A model generated the notes under the pieces. It was not told where the DNA came from. It did not search any database and saw only the letters and a list, made by a program, of their open reading frames with translations. The position numbers and the translations under genes were made by a program. Below are positions 25,141-37,790 of a stretch of DNA of 64,000 nucleotides, one piece after another. The number at the start of each line of letters is the position of its first letter. Position 1 is the stretch's first letter. Source of the stretch: Takakia lepidozioides. Its lineage: Eukaryota > Plantae > Bryophyta. The stretch covers positions 47,678,001 to 47,742,000 of the forward strand of contig CM060733.1 of the NCBI GenBank assembly GCA_030704615.1, in the 5' to 3' direction.

Positions 25141-25258
25141 CTATGTAAAGCCCCATATTTGCTTAGCCTGAAAATAGCCCGTTTCATCCAAAACGGCGAT
25201 ACACATCCATAGTATATTTTTTTGGCGTATGAAGCCGTCAAACCGTTAAAGGGAAGCT

Positions 25259-27078
25259 CGGGATTAGCAATCAGGATCTTCACTTCTTGCCTATATCCCT
25301 TATCTAGAACACCAGTGGCCACCAGGCAATGCTTAAGGGCAGTCAATCTCCTCCATCTTTCAACTTCTAGGAAATGAGTAGCTAGACACAAGAAGACTAG
25401 ACCAGACTTGACCACCTTCTGGGTTAAGGCAGGGATGGTGATGTTGAGAGGTGCACGAATTAGAGTAGAATTTTTGGACTAGCTATGGGCCCCATGTCCT
25501 ATCCCTAGCACCAGGAACATGCCACTGATATAAGAGTTGAAGATCAGGCTGAAACTCGTAGAAATCATTCCAATTGAGGTTGGAGTGAGAATTCTGCTGT
25601 ACCTCCCTTACCAGGGCCTGGACTCTGGACAAATTGGTTGTAGCAGACCCAGCCTTGATCTTCACTGCTTTCAAGGGAACCACTACTTCATGCCCTTCTC
25701 CATTGTTAAAGCGAAGGGAGTAGTCTGCTAAGCTGATGGTGGCCACCAGCTCCAGTAATCCAGTCAAGGCCTAGAAGGAATTGATCTCCAATGGTGACTA
25801 TGCAGGTCACCACAACCTCCTTTTTATGAATTCTGATGGGAACAGTGATTAGTCCTAAGGGCTCATACCTGGATCCATCTGCAATAAACACCTCAATACC
25901 TGTGGCAGGACATAGTTTAAGACCAAGAATTCTCACAACACTTTAAGGTATAACAGATATAGTGCATCCAGTATCAACCACATAGGAAAAGCTGAGCTCG
26001 TGGATATGGCATTGGGCCATGAGAGGACTGATCTGCTGGCCAACAGTTTGTCGACTGAGAGGACAATGCAAAGCTTTAAAATTAGTAAATAAACAGCGTG
26101 AATCGGAACAGAAAAAGTAAGGTTGGTAGATGATGGACCTCTTGCCCCCTTCCCAAGAAATCTCTCTAGTTTAAAGGAGGGGAAGAGCCATTAGCTGTCT
26201 TCTTGTTCTTGATTAGCTCTGGTAGCCCTGCTCTGTCTGGACAATGCTTCGTCCAGTTTTCAAAGGACCCACAAATGTAACAGGCAACTCGATTACCCTC
26301 ATAGGCTTGTCCAGTCTAGGTTCGACCTCTATTATTATCACCCGTTGTTCCTTGGCCATGTTCAGGCTGTCACCTCTGTTGATAAGCCTGCATGGCAGCA
26401 AACTGAGTGGCCACAGACTCACTAAGACTTCCCACAGTATTAGCCAATCCCTGAAGAGTAAAATCATCAGTTTTGTATGTCATAGCAGGAACATAGGGTG
26501 AGGATGTTGTAGACATGCCAAGCTCTGAGCCCATTGGAGCTTGAAACTTGACATGATGTTGCATTGATTTGCTGTCAGCCAAGTCTGCCATTTTAAGATT
26601 AATTTCTGCTAACATAGTCTTGTCATTGACAAAATGACGTCGCTGAGCCCAATTCTGAATAGTGGAAGGCAACCCAAGAAGAAAATACCTCTTAACCATA
26701 TGATCCCTCTCTGCCGGGTCTATGATATTTTCAACAGCAGCAAATTTAAGATCCATGTAATACTTCCACAAAGATTTCCCAGGTTGGTAAGTCTTGGCCG
26801 AAAGCTTGGTAAAGCAATCTAGAGGCCTCTCATGAGGTTTGAACAAGGTATTTGCCCATTCCACCAGAGTTCCCCAGTTGAGGCTGGGATCATCCATGAC
26901 GGCTGCATGCAGTAAATCGCGAGCCGGTCCCTTCATGCTCATCCTAACGATCGCCATCTTGAAATTCTCAGGCACTCCATTGACACTAGCAATGACCTCA
27001 AACATCTGAAGATATCTATCAAAATCTTCTCCCATGGTATATTCTGGGTAAGGTTGAGTGGTCAGCTGGGGGATCAGA
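25259..27078 (-). mobile_element. Ty3/gypsy 5' half: gag, zinc knuckle, aspartic protease, dUTPase-like domain
   Basis: Gag ORF 26370-27035 (GEDFDRYLQMFE..KGPARD..YFLLGLP). Degenerate knuckle CYICGSFENWTKHCP. Protease VVDTGCTISVI..FIADG..FLLGLDW. dUTPase-like IRAPLNITIPALTQKVVKSGL..LVATGVLDKGYRQEVKILIANP. Confidence 0.88.
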
Positions 27079-27470
27079 CACTACAATACAAGCTGGGCTT
27101 TTCGACTCTGTATTTGACTCATTTTTTAGTCATTTGCGACATTTTTACTCCCAGCCTCCACAGTCGAACATGCGTGACAAAGGTCAAGTTGTTTCAGTCA
27201 AGCAGTCAAATCCAGATGCCAGGTTTTGACAGTGAAATGTGACAGTAAAACCTAGGGGGTGACGTGTAGGCAGCACAATATGACGTGGATGCGACGTGGC
27301 TATGACGTGTAGTAAAGTGGTTTAACTGAATTATAAGGGCATGACGTGTAGTGAGTGGCTTAAGGGCAGAGTGACATGGATGCATGACGTGTAGTAAAGT
27401 GGTTTAAAAAAAGGGGAACATATTGACTATGTTCCATGATGTTTAGTATACGGTTTGACTGTAAATCAGG
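27079..27470 (+). mobile_element. CACTA (En/Spm) transposon terminus with subterminal repeats
   Basis: Begins CACTACAATACAAG about where gag homology stops, followed by many GTCAA/TTGAC and TGACGTG(T) motifs. The partner TIR was not found. Confidence 0.6.
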
Positions 27471-27959
27471 GATAGTGAGTTTGCTTGACTTTGTATATTG
27501 TAATATTCTACTGTGAAGCAGTAAAAGAGGACACATTTTAATAAATATGTTTCACTCTGGAGGTATATATACACATATATATATATATATGAATTGGGAG
27601 GCTTTTTATTTAATATTTCATTTTATTCATTTACTTTTAGTTTATATCTGTACGTATGTGAATTAATGGATATTTGTAAATTTAATTTTTTTGATTCTTT
27701 GCACTGCATTGAAAATATATTACAAATACAACAAAACATAGAATACAAATACAGGTCGGAACCAAAAACATTTGGATGGCTCAAAACTGGTTTTATATCA
27801 AGAGTGATTTGCAAAACAAGTTTTGGCCACATTCTACAAATGACCAACATGAGGGCCATGTTGCCATATCCATAGATCACTGCCCAACTGAAGTCATTGA
27901 GTAAGGATAATCTGCTGTGCAGCTAGGTCCAGCACTATCGTGGACATGTCAAGAGAACA

Positions 27960-30520
27960 TTAGAAATCATTTTGAGAATGAATTCAGGTAGTTCCAGAGA
28001 ATGGTGGTGCCAGCTACCTTGTCACCCAAAGTGACATCCACTTCCAGGGCTGCCTTGAAATACATATCCACCAAGGCAGTGTTTAGAGTGACAACTCCAG
28101 CTTTGACGATGTCATCATGGACCTTTGTGCCCTTTTGATGGCTGCCAGGCTCACATTTGACGTAGACGTACACCAGGGGAATGTTCAGAATGACATCTGG
28201 TACAATTCCAGCTTGGATAATGTTACCATAAACCTCTTTGCCCCTTCCCAGGGCTGCTAGGCTCGCATATGCATATTACAAAAACAAATGAACATGACGG
28301 CCTGGTCTGGCTTCATCCCTTCCCACATCATTTGCTCTTATGTTTCCAAAGCCTTAATCCCATACCCATGCTGCACATACCTTGCAATCATGGCACTCCA
28401 AAATACCACAACTCGTTCAGCCATATTGTCAAACTCTCCCTTCACATCAGGCTTGCTGCACCCACATTTGGCATACATCCACCAAGGCAGAGTTCAGAAT
28501 GACAATTTCCCCTTTAACGATCGGCATAAGCAAGGGGAAGGACAGAGCTGCTGCTCTCTCCCAACGCCAAAAAAACCAAAAGAAAAAAAAATGGAGGGGC
28601 TGAGAGAGCCGCCATGGCTGTGAAGTACCAGTATGCTGCAACGTGATGTGGTTGGGCTTCACCCCTTCCCCCATCAATATTTGATCATAGGTCTCCAAAG
28701 CCTCCATACCATGTCCCTGCTGTGCATACCCTGCAAGCATCACCCATTCACAATTTCCAAAGCCTCCCTGCCAACCCAGTATATAAATAGAGTACACATA
28801 AGTTCCTTGCTTTGCATCCTCAATGCACCCACATTGGGCATACATGTCCACCAGGGCAGAGTTCAGAATGACATCTGGTACAATTCCAGCTTTGACAATG
28901 TCAACAGACCTCTTTGACCTTTTCCAGGGCTGCCAGGCTTGCATAAGCATTGCAATCACACAAAAACGTGATGTGGTTGGGGCTTCACCCCTTCCCCCAT
29001 CATTTGATCATAGGTCTCCAAAGCCACCATCCCACGTCCCTGCTATGCATACCCTGCAAGCATCGCGTGCCACGACACCACATCTCGTTCAGCCATAGTG
29101 TTGAAAACTGCCTTTGCATCCTTAATGCACTTGCATACATGTCGACCAGGGCAGTGTTCAGAATGACATCTGGTACAATTCCAGCTTTCATGATGTCATC
29201 ATTGACCTCTTTCCCCTTTTCCAGGGCTCCCAGGCTTGCACACGAATTGCAAACACAAACGAACGTGATGTGCAACATTTGCTCATAGGTCTCCAAAGAA
29301 TTCCTACCACACCCATGCTTGGTAAATCCTGCAAACATTATATTCCACGTGATCAAAGATGGTCGAGGCATTCTGTGGAAAACCTAGTGAGCATCCATGA
29401 TGCTCCCACACTTAACATATATGTTGACAAGGGTGTTGAGTAGAAAAACATTTGGCGTTAATCACTTTGGATAATGTGAGTGTGCACCTGTTTCCAGCTT
29501 CCAGACCTTTCATCTTGATGCACTTAAGCAAGAGACAGAAGACGTATCTGAATCTGCTGAAATGCCTTGTTAGTTTAAAGTTGTAGAGCCTCTGTCAGTC
29601 TGCCTGCCTCACAAAGCATCTTCACATGCCCAGCAGAAGAGGCATTGTGGACTCCCTCTCTTGATCCTCTTTCAGAAGCTGTGGTCATGGTTGAGATGCT
29701 TGATTTTATCAACTGTGCCGCTGCAGCTGCTACCTTTACTTGACCATCTACCCATGCAGGTTTCTTGTAGCTATTGATCCACATGGAATCATAGGTAATC
29801 TGGAGCTTGAAGTCCAGCCCTCTTGGATGAACCTGGACCCACACTCTATCCCTGCTCCTTCAGCTATCCATGCCTCTGCACAAATCATGCATACTGCATC
29901 CTTGCCTTGCTGCTAGCACCTGACAATGACAGCCTAGATTTGTTCTAGGAAACACCTAACTCAACTTATCACACTAGTTCCTATGGTCAATTGCATCTGC
30001 TACTCTTTGTAATCCAACAAGCATTCACCTTTTGGCCTCGATTGTCCCGCCATTGCCTGGGGTCAGAAAAGTATCAGAATTCAACAAGAAAATTTAGGGC
30101 CAATTCTGATAAGAGGGAAAAACAGGGTGAATCTGTTGAAGAAGGTACCTTCATTAGCAGTGCCTGATTTTATCAATTGAGCCGCTGGTGCTGTGGCTTC
30201 CAGTTCACCATCTACCCATGCAGGTTTCGTGTAGCTATCCTTCCACAGGGAATCATAGGTAATCTGGAGCTTGAAATTTGGCCCTCTTGGATGAATCTGG
30301 ACCCACACTCTATCCCTGCTCCTTCAGCTATCCAGATCTCTGCACAAATCATGCACACATCCTTGCCTTGCTGCAGCTAGCAGCTGAAGCAGCTGGCACT
30401 GACGCCCTAACCCTACTTACAGTAACATGTCAAAATCACTCCAAAACCACCATAGATCCACCAACGAGCTTCTCCTAATCTATGTTATCTGTTTTTGGAT
30501 ACTTTCCTGCTAAGCCTGTA
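27960..30520 (-). pseudogene. PLS-PPR pseudogene with N-terminal OSB-type PDF motifs (duplicated)
   Basis: ORF 29575-29844 runs HPRGLDFKLQITYDSMWINSYKKPAWVDG..HVKMLCEAGRLTEALQL, followed by broken PPR motifs (LEKGKEVNDDIMKAGIVPDVILNTALVDMYA). A second PDF copy lies at ~30190-30380. Many frameshifts; no DYW end seen. Confidence 0.8.
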
Positions 30521-30952
30521 GATGGGAGAGGTCACCATTTCGAGTTGAGGGGAGCCATGAAAGATGAACCTTGTGGTTGCCGTATGATGCTGGGCTTGGA
30601 TTGAAATATATGTACTTGAACACAAACCCCCTCAGCAGTTAGTAAACCCCACTAAGCAAGGTTGCATGCTTGCAATGAGTATGTTGCAATCCAACAACCC
30701 ACCCTAACTGGTTGAGATCGCACATCAATCATGGGCCCCTCCCTGGGTGCAACCTTTCAGCAACTACTACAGAACTTCCATCCATGGTTGTCCTAGCAAT
30801 CTTTGAGGACTGAGTTTACTGCTGCTGTTCAATAGCCCATAAGGGAGTAACTGACTGTAGCATTTAGTGGCAGGAGTTTGGATAGACAAAATTCTCAACT
30901 GCCTGCCTTCATGTATGTAAGTGGGACAATTCCACAATGCACGTTGCTTGTT

Positions 30953-33170
30953 TCACCAGAAATCCCCACAGGAACAGATCCCATCTGTAAAGTGATGAAA
31001 GCGGTGGGCATCCCGTAAAACAACAGCTCGCCCAGCAATATTTGAGATGAACTCAGCAGTGTGGCGTCAACCACATAACACTATCCGAACAGGCATTCCA
31101 GGGGATGTGCTGATGAGCCCAAAAGCAATGGCCAGCTTCTCACTGTGGTGGCCCAGAGAAATTTCCTTTTGATCCTCCTCCACATCTTGCAACACAAAGC
31201 GAGTGTCAGCCACATATCCAGCCTCCTTCATCCGAACAGACAACCTCTGTAGCTCAGCATGGATATCCCCAATTTGAGGTGTATTTTGTCGTCAACGACA
31301 AATGCATGGACTCGGTTGTTGACCTCAATGCAGCTGCGTCCTGGCTCCTTTCTGACACCTCTATCCTCCATCATTTTTCTCACCTTTGCTTTATCATCCC
31401 ACCTGCCAGCTGCAGCATAGATGTTCGATAGCAGCACATAGGCAGCAGCATGCTGAGGATCCCTCTTGAGATTGATTTTGCGGCACGTTCTGCTATGTTT
31501 ACATCGCCGTGAATTCGGCAGGCACCAAGCAAAGATGGGACCGAAGCATCTGGTTTGAATGGCATTTTATTGATGAGATCCTCTGCATCATCCAATCGCC
31601 CTGCACGGCCAAGCAGGTTCACTAGGCAGCCAAAATGCTCTAGTGTAGGCACCAGGCCATGATCTTGACTTATGGAATGGAAGTGGCGAAGGCCTTCATC
31701 CACTAGACCCACATGGCTGCATGCCGAGATAACTGAAATGAAGGTTACCCTGTCAGGCTTAAAACCTTCCTTTTGCATTTGTTCGAATAGTTGGAGTGCC
31801 TCCCTACCACACCCATGCCAGCAGCATATCCTGCCATCATTGCAGTCCAGGAGACTACATTTCGCTTAAACATTTGGTCAAATACTTGACGCGCATCCTT
31901 TATACTACCACACTTGCCATACATGTCAACAAGAGATGTCTCTAAAATAGTATCTGAAGCAATTCCAGTCTTGATGATGTCAACATGGACCCCCTTGCCC
32001 TTCTCCAAGGCTCCTAGGCTGGCACATGCATTGAGGACACAAATGAATGTGATGCTGTTGGGCTTCAACCCTGCCTGCTTCATTTGCTCGAAAAGTTTGA
32101 GAGACTCGTCACCATGTCCATGCTGAGAATATCCTGCGATCATCGCATTCCATGAAACCACGTCTCGTTTACTCATTTTGTTAAACACTTGACGTGCATC
32201 CTTTATGCTGCCGCATTTGGCATACATATCAACCAGGGTTGTCTCCAAAATAATATTTGACACAATTCCAGCTTTAATGATATCAGCGTGGATTTGCTTG
32301 CCCTTTTCCAGGGCTCCAAGGATGGCACTTGCATTGAGAATACAAATAAATGTGACCATGTCAGGCATCACCCCCTCCTGTTGCATTTTCTCATAGTTTT
32401 TTGAGAGCCTCTTCACCAAGGCATGCTGAACATGTCCTGCAATCATTACATTCCATGAGACCACATCTCTTTTGGTCATTCTGTTGAACACTTCACATGC
32501 ATCTATTACACTCCCGCATTTGGCATACATGTCAACAAGGGTATTCTCCAAATTAACTTGTGATGAGATTCCAGATTTTATGATGCTAGCATGGACCTCC
32601 TTTCCCTTTTCCAGGGCTCTCAGGCTGGCACAAGCTTTCAGAACGCAAATGAAAGTGATCCGGTTGGGCGTCACCCCTTCTCGTCGCATTTGCTCATATA
32701 GTTTAAAAGCCTCCTTGGCTTGCCCATACTTCACATGACCCGCAATCATTACATTCCATGAGAACACATTTCTTTCGGCCATTTTGTCGACACTTGACAC
32801 GCATCCCTTATACTCCCACATTTCCAATACATGTCGACAAGAGTGTTGAATACAATTATGCTTGGCTTCAATTGACTTCGGATAATGTAGGCATGCACCT
32901 GCTTTCCTTCTGCCAGGGCTCTCATGCTGATGCACCCCTGCAAGAGACAGACATAAATATTGGAGTCTGCCTGAACACGTTGTTCATCCAAGATGTGCAG
33001 TGCCTCTTTCAGTCTTCCCTTCTCACACAGTGTGATCACATCCCCACCATCCCCAGTTGTAACCTTGTTAAGTCCCTCACTTGGTCCTACTTTCTGGTGA
33101 TTGTAAAGGTCCTACTGGAGCTGCCAGTTGGATGTCCATAAAACAATTGCCCCTGATGCAACCCTGCTGA
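30953..33170 (-). pseudogene. PLS-PPR-E-DYW (DFW-ending) RNA-editing factor, frameshifted
   Basis: LCEKGRLKEAL start region, long PLS array (31745-32935), E domain, PG box [29 protein letters not shown], and [20 protein letters not shown]. Several frameshifts and a damaged CxxC motif. Confidence 0.9.
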
Positions 33171-33339
33171 CCTGCACGACTCAAAACCCCTAGTTACAAA
33201 TTTTGAACTGATTCAAAATTTGTCATGGCTTACAGATACTTCAAAGAAACATGTCCTAATGAGAACAGGTTTTTCAGAATTTTGACAGGGTTAGAACACC
33301 ACTGCTATATAATGCAACTGAAGATGCAAGGTTGAAGTC

Positions 33340-34024
33340 ATCATCCACAAACTAATACCTGTTGTGTAGTTCTTCAGGAGGTTCATGATGCATAGTGAAT
33401 ATATACTCGTCACCAGATTGTGGTCCAGGTTGTGTCACACTGAGCTGGTGGCCTCATTGGCTGGAGAGGGACTACTCATCTGGAAGAATGCATTTTCGAG
33501 AAAACATGCCAAGGGTCTCTCCGCTTCGGAAGTACAATGTTTCACCAGCTCAGGCTCGCTCACTGCGCGCCAAGCTCCTCTATCTAGGACTGGGAGCTAT
33601 TCTGCTCTCGTGGACAGAAATTTCCAGAGATCTTCGGTACTTTGGGGAAGCTCAACAGGGGCTTCCAACAGTTTCTTGAAATAGCTTCTTGTAGCAGAAA
33701 CTTCAGACTCTTCCAGGTTAACTGGATCCGAGGACTGGTGTTCATCTGGTGACCTTTTTGCCTTCTTTGAAGGTGGACAACAACTGACCACCGCGGATCT
33801 TCTCTCGTTCCTACAACATTCAATACGTTCTTGATCCGCGTCCACGAAGCATCTGACCGACCGTCAGTTTGCGGAAATGTAAGGTCACCCAAGGTGATGG
33901 AACCTGGTGTCAAACCAAAGCGCGCACCGAGTGCACGGAAGTCGATCTTGGCATCAGGAGTAGAACAAACCCCAACGGGCCCTATCGTGTCCGATTTGAA
34001 GAAGATAACCTCCGTAGCATCCAT
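33340..34024 (-). pseudogene. Degenerate gene of unknown family (N-terminal motif KIDFRALGARFGLTPGSITL)
   Basis: ORF 33584-34024 shifts frame into a second protein-like frame (..RSYFKKLLEAPVELPQSTEDLWKFLS). The start region is tandemly duplicated. Confidence 0.45.
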
Positions 34025-34083
34025 AGTATGAAGTTATTGTGTCCGATTTGAAGAAGATAACCTCCATAGCATCCATAGTATGA
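33987..34083. repeat. 52-bp tandem duplication covering the start codon of the 34024 ORF
   Basis: GTGTCCGATTTGAAGAAGATAACCTCC.TAGCATCCATAGTATGA occurs at 33987 and 34039. Confidence 0.9.
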
Positions 34084-36979
34084 TTAAGTTAGAGGTAAGA
34101 GCCTGCCCCTGCACAAGCACAAAGCAAACGCACCTGCCATCAGTACAAGAACGACTTTTACTAAATATGGAATTTGAGCTAATTGGGGTTTCACAAGGCT
34201 TCAAGAAAAAAACCACATAACTGTCCCGCAAAGTCGAGAGGAGGACTATCTTTTCAATGCCATGCCTGTACTTCTTTACGTGGATCACGGTGCCATTGTC
34301 TAAAACTGTTACTTGGATGTCAGCCATGAATGAAGTAAAGTCCAGCAGAGCACTTGACAACAATGTGCACCCGTACCCTTGCTAACTACCAGGCACATGA
34401 TGAAAAGAAACAGCAGAAGCACAGCAAATAATAGTATCCACGCAGAGTTGATGATCAACAGCGGCGGAAGCTTACCTGGAACAACCCCGCCGAAAACCCG
34501 CACGCACACAAAAGCTGAAAACGCTTTCACTTTAACGAAGGGGTTTTCAACGGTAAAGTGAAGGTTGCAACGTTAACCCTTAACCCCTAAGGTAGTGGCA
34601 TCTAGAAGTGTGCGCGACCTTATTATGTCCCCTATTTTTGATGAATCAAGTCACCCTTTTCATCCTAGTACTGTGCACTTTTGTAAAGGAGGCGATTCGA
34701 GGTTAATTATTGCTTTGGATTAGGTACGATGTGAGGTGTTTTGGAGTACAAGGGGCTTATTTAATGGTGCATTAGTGAAGCTAATTACATAGCAGCCTAT
34801 TGATTCTTATTTCAAATTCCTAATTTGTTTTTGAAAGTGGAGGTGAGTGTTTTGGGACAATGGCCAATTAATACAGCAGCCAAGCATCAATGCAAATGGG
34901 ATGCATGGTGCACCTTATATAGTGTTACAATGCACACATTTTTATCATGCTTCCGTTGCCAAGGATGGCGGAAGAATGGGAAACGAGGGAGTTGTGGAGT
35001 CTTCTAGCTCTGTCCACGCGACCGGCTAGTTTAGGGTTCTCATATGGCCATATATGAGGAGTTGTAGGTCAACTCAGGGCATACTTAAGGGTCCTACTTG
35101 GAGTTGTATATGGTCAGATTTTGCACACATGGGTCATCCCTCCAAAGGAAAGTTATGGGTCCTTCCATAAGTAGATGTGCCCAATCCCGCGTTGGGAGAC
35201 CCTTACTTTTGGGCCCACACATGGCCTAGTTTTGTTAATTTTTGGGATAGTTGTAGGTGCACATCTTGTGCACTCATGGCAACTTAAAGCACATATCAAG
35301 GAGGATTATATGGCATTATAGGATGGACCTACTGAGCAGTAGTGGGATAATATGCACTTTGATTTTGATAATTCATATATAATATATCCGTGATTGGAAA
35401 ATTATGTGCTCTGCAAATGATTGTTGCTTCATTTGCTATTATGCTCATATAATTTTTGTGACACTACACCCTCTTTGTGACACTACACCCTATGAGGAGT
35501 TGCACACTGCTTAAAAGCACACTTCAAGATACCACTACCTTAATGGAAGAGCCGACCTGAATGGAGTCGCCTGAAAATTTCGAATGGATGTGGGCCCTTG
35601 GATGACTCTGGATGAAGATGCCATCTGAACGAAAGTTGTAGCGCTTGAAATTCTGCGCCGTCGGGATTTTTTGTTATGATGAGGGGTACCCGGATGGTTT
35701 GGGGCCCTCCATGGGCATTGACCTAGCCACGTGAGTCCTGGCTCAGGCAATACCTTGGCGTGAGCTTGGATTCATGCAAGAATTGACCTAGATTGAAATC
35801 TCTGTATGCATTTTGGTTAGAATGCCGAAATTCTTTTTGGAGGTAGTAGGAAATCATTCAAGGAACAATTCCACCGTTGCCATTGTGGTTCCAATGCAAA
35901 TTTGGACCCCTAGGGCTGAATTACAAGTCAATTGAGCTATATGGTGTTTTTTGACCCCCCCTGTTTTTCCATACAAAGCAACCCTATCCAGATTTTGGAA
36001 TTATGCTTTACAAATTTGGGGCAACATGCTTTAGGTGCCTCAGAATTGGAATGTGGGTGAAAGGAAAAATCATGTTGGTGCCAAAATTGCCTGGTCAAAC
36101 CATTTTCCCCTCTCAAATTGGAGTATACTACAGATTTTGGGCTTACCATTTTGTTATAATCTGCATAATGATGCGGTGAAAAGAGCTGCAATTTTTAGAG
36201 CATGTGGATGAGCTAGGTAGCCTTCCTTTCATACAGTTCATCCGTGTGGATGTTTGTTTGCTGAGAGATATACCCTCATCCGTGAGGGTATGTGTTGTTT
36301 TGAAGTGGGCCCACCAAAAGCAGGGTTAACTTCCCGACCATTTTCTTATATTACCAAAACAATTAAAATTTATCTTTTTTTTTTTTTTTTTTCTTTTTTT
36401 TCCAAGAACAGCGGGGAGTGGCCCTGGAGATTTTAATAGTGAACATGGGGATTGTAGCCCTGTAGAACTTTATTGGCCCTCTTGTAGAGAGAGACTTTGC
36501 GGAAACATGCAATCAATGGAGAAAATGTGGTCAAAGTACCTTACACTGTGTCAAGGCACTGATTGGTGTGTTGTGTTGAGTCATGCTCCTTAGTCTTACC
36601 TTCCTCTTATGTTGTGCCAAACCAAAGCAAGAGAGCCAATTACCGTTTGAGGCTTGTTGAAATGGAAAGAAAGCACCTCCAGGTCCAGGTCGAGCAATCG
36701 CCGGTCAAGTAACTGCATCTTCTCCCCTCCCCATTAACCTCCCACATCAGGTCAATTACACCTCGCATTCGCAGCTACCTGGGCACACCACCAGGGCATC
36801 ATCTGTTCCGGCACTTCGCCAGACCGATGTGATAATTGGAACAAGCTCCCTGTGGTTGCTTGGTGCAACCTCTCTGCCGCAATCCACCGCATCGCCAGAG
36901 TATGACAGAGACGTGAATTGGAAGCATGTCAAGGACACCGCCAAGCCATCTAAGCTCCACTTTCGCTGATGATTACATA

Positions 36980-37790
36980 GATCTGCACTGCACTTGGTTT
37001 TTAACGCTGCAATCTTTCTAAGTATATGAGCCCTAGGCTCCAGGCTCCATACACAGCTATCGTCTTGCATTCTTGTATTGACAGGCAGGATCCTATGAGC
37101 CACCTTCCAAAGGAAGGCATAAACCTTGGCTGCCCGGTCTCTCGTCCAATGTATATTTTTCCAAACCAAGTCCCAATCATTATTGGTCAGCAAGCTGCAA
37201 GACTCCTACTTGTGATTCCATTTACTGAGGAAGGAACGTGTGGGAGAGAGAAGAGAGTTTCCATTTTTTATAGTATAGGCGAAGAATGGGGATTTGGAGT
37301 TGTCCATCCAACTCCATTCACCGGGATCAAATTGCAGCCCTTCCAATGGATGTTTAAGGAACCAAACGAAGGAGGTATGTCTGGCCCAATGAAGGAGGTC
37401 TCTATATGGTGGCTTTGGGTTGCAGTTTCCTTGGCCATCCACAATTCGAATAGGAAATAGTGTCTGGCAGGAAATGTTCTGCATGTCAGTGAAATAATGC
37501 ATGTCAGGTTGATTAACAGCAAAGGTGAGACCAGAGGCAAGACCATTATTGATGGACAGGGTGAGGATGACAGAAGTACCCTGATGGTTTGTTATTGTCA
37601 TCCACTGTGGCAGGTTGTGTTGTTCGTTCCCCAATCTGAGCAGGTTCAGGATATACTGCGCAATCTGGCCAACAATGGAACTCCAAGAAATCGCCCTTCT
37701 CTCACCTTGACAATGGAGGAGACTTCTTGCTACGAGATGAAGTCATCATTCTCCCATATGTTGCCCAAGTGCATGAGCCATTTATGCTCC
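36980..37790 (-). mobile_element. LINE (L1-like) ORF2 C-terminal fragment with zf-RVT region
   Basis: Reads WDLVWKNIHW..KVYAFLWKVAHRILPVN, preceded by degenerate ORF2-like sequence. Confidence 0.7.

Larger units (their letters stand above)
20822..25258. mobile_element. Composite nested insertion splitting the gypsy pol
   Basis: Gypsy coding breaks at ..VKILIANP (25260) and resumes at ..LTIKKGQVLGHI (~20815). The insert holds LTR/gag-like low-complexity plus-strand ORFs (21580-23709), tandem repeats and a PPR-locus fragment. Element class is unresolved. Confidence 0.6.
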
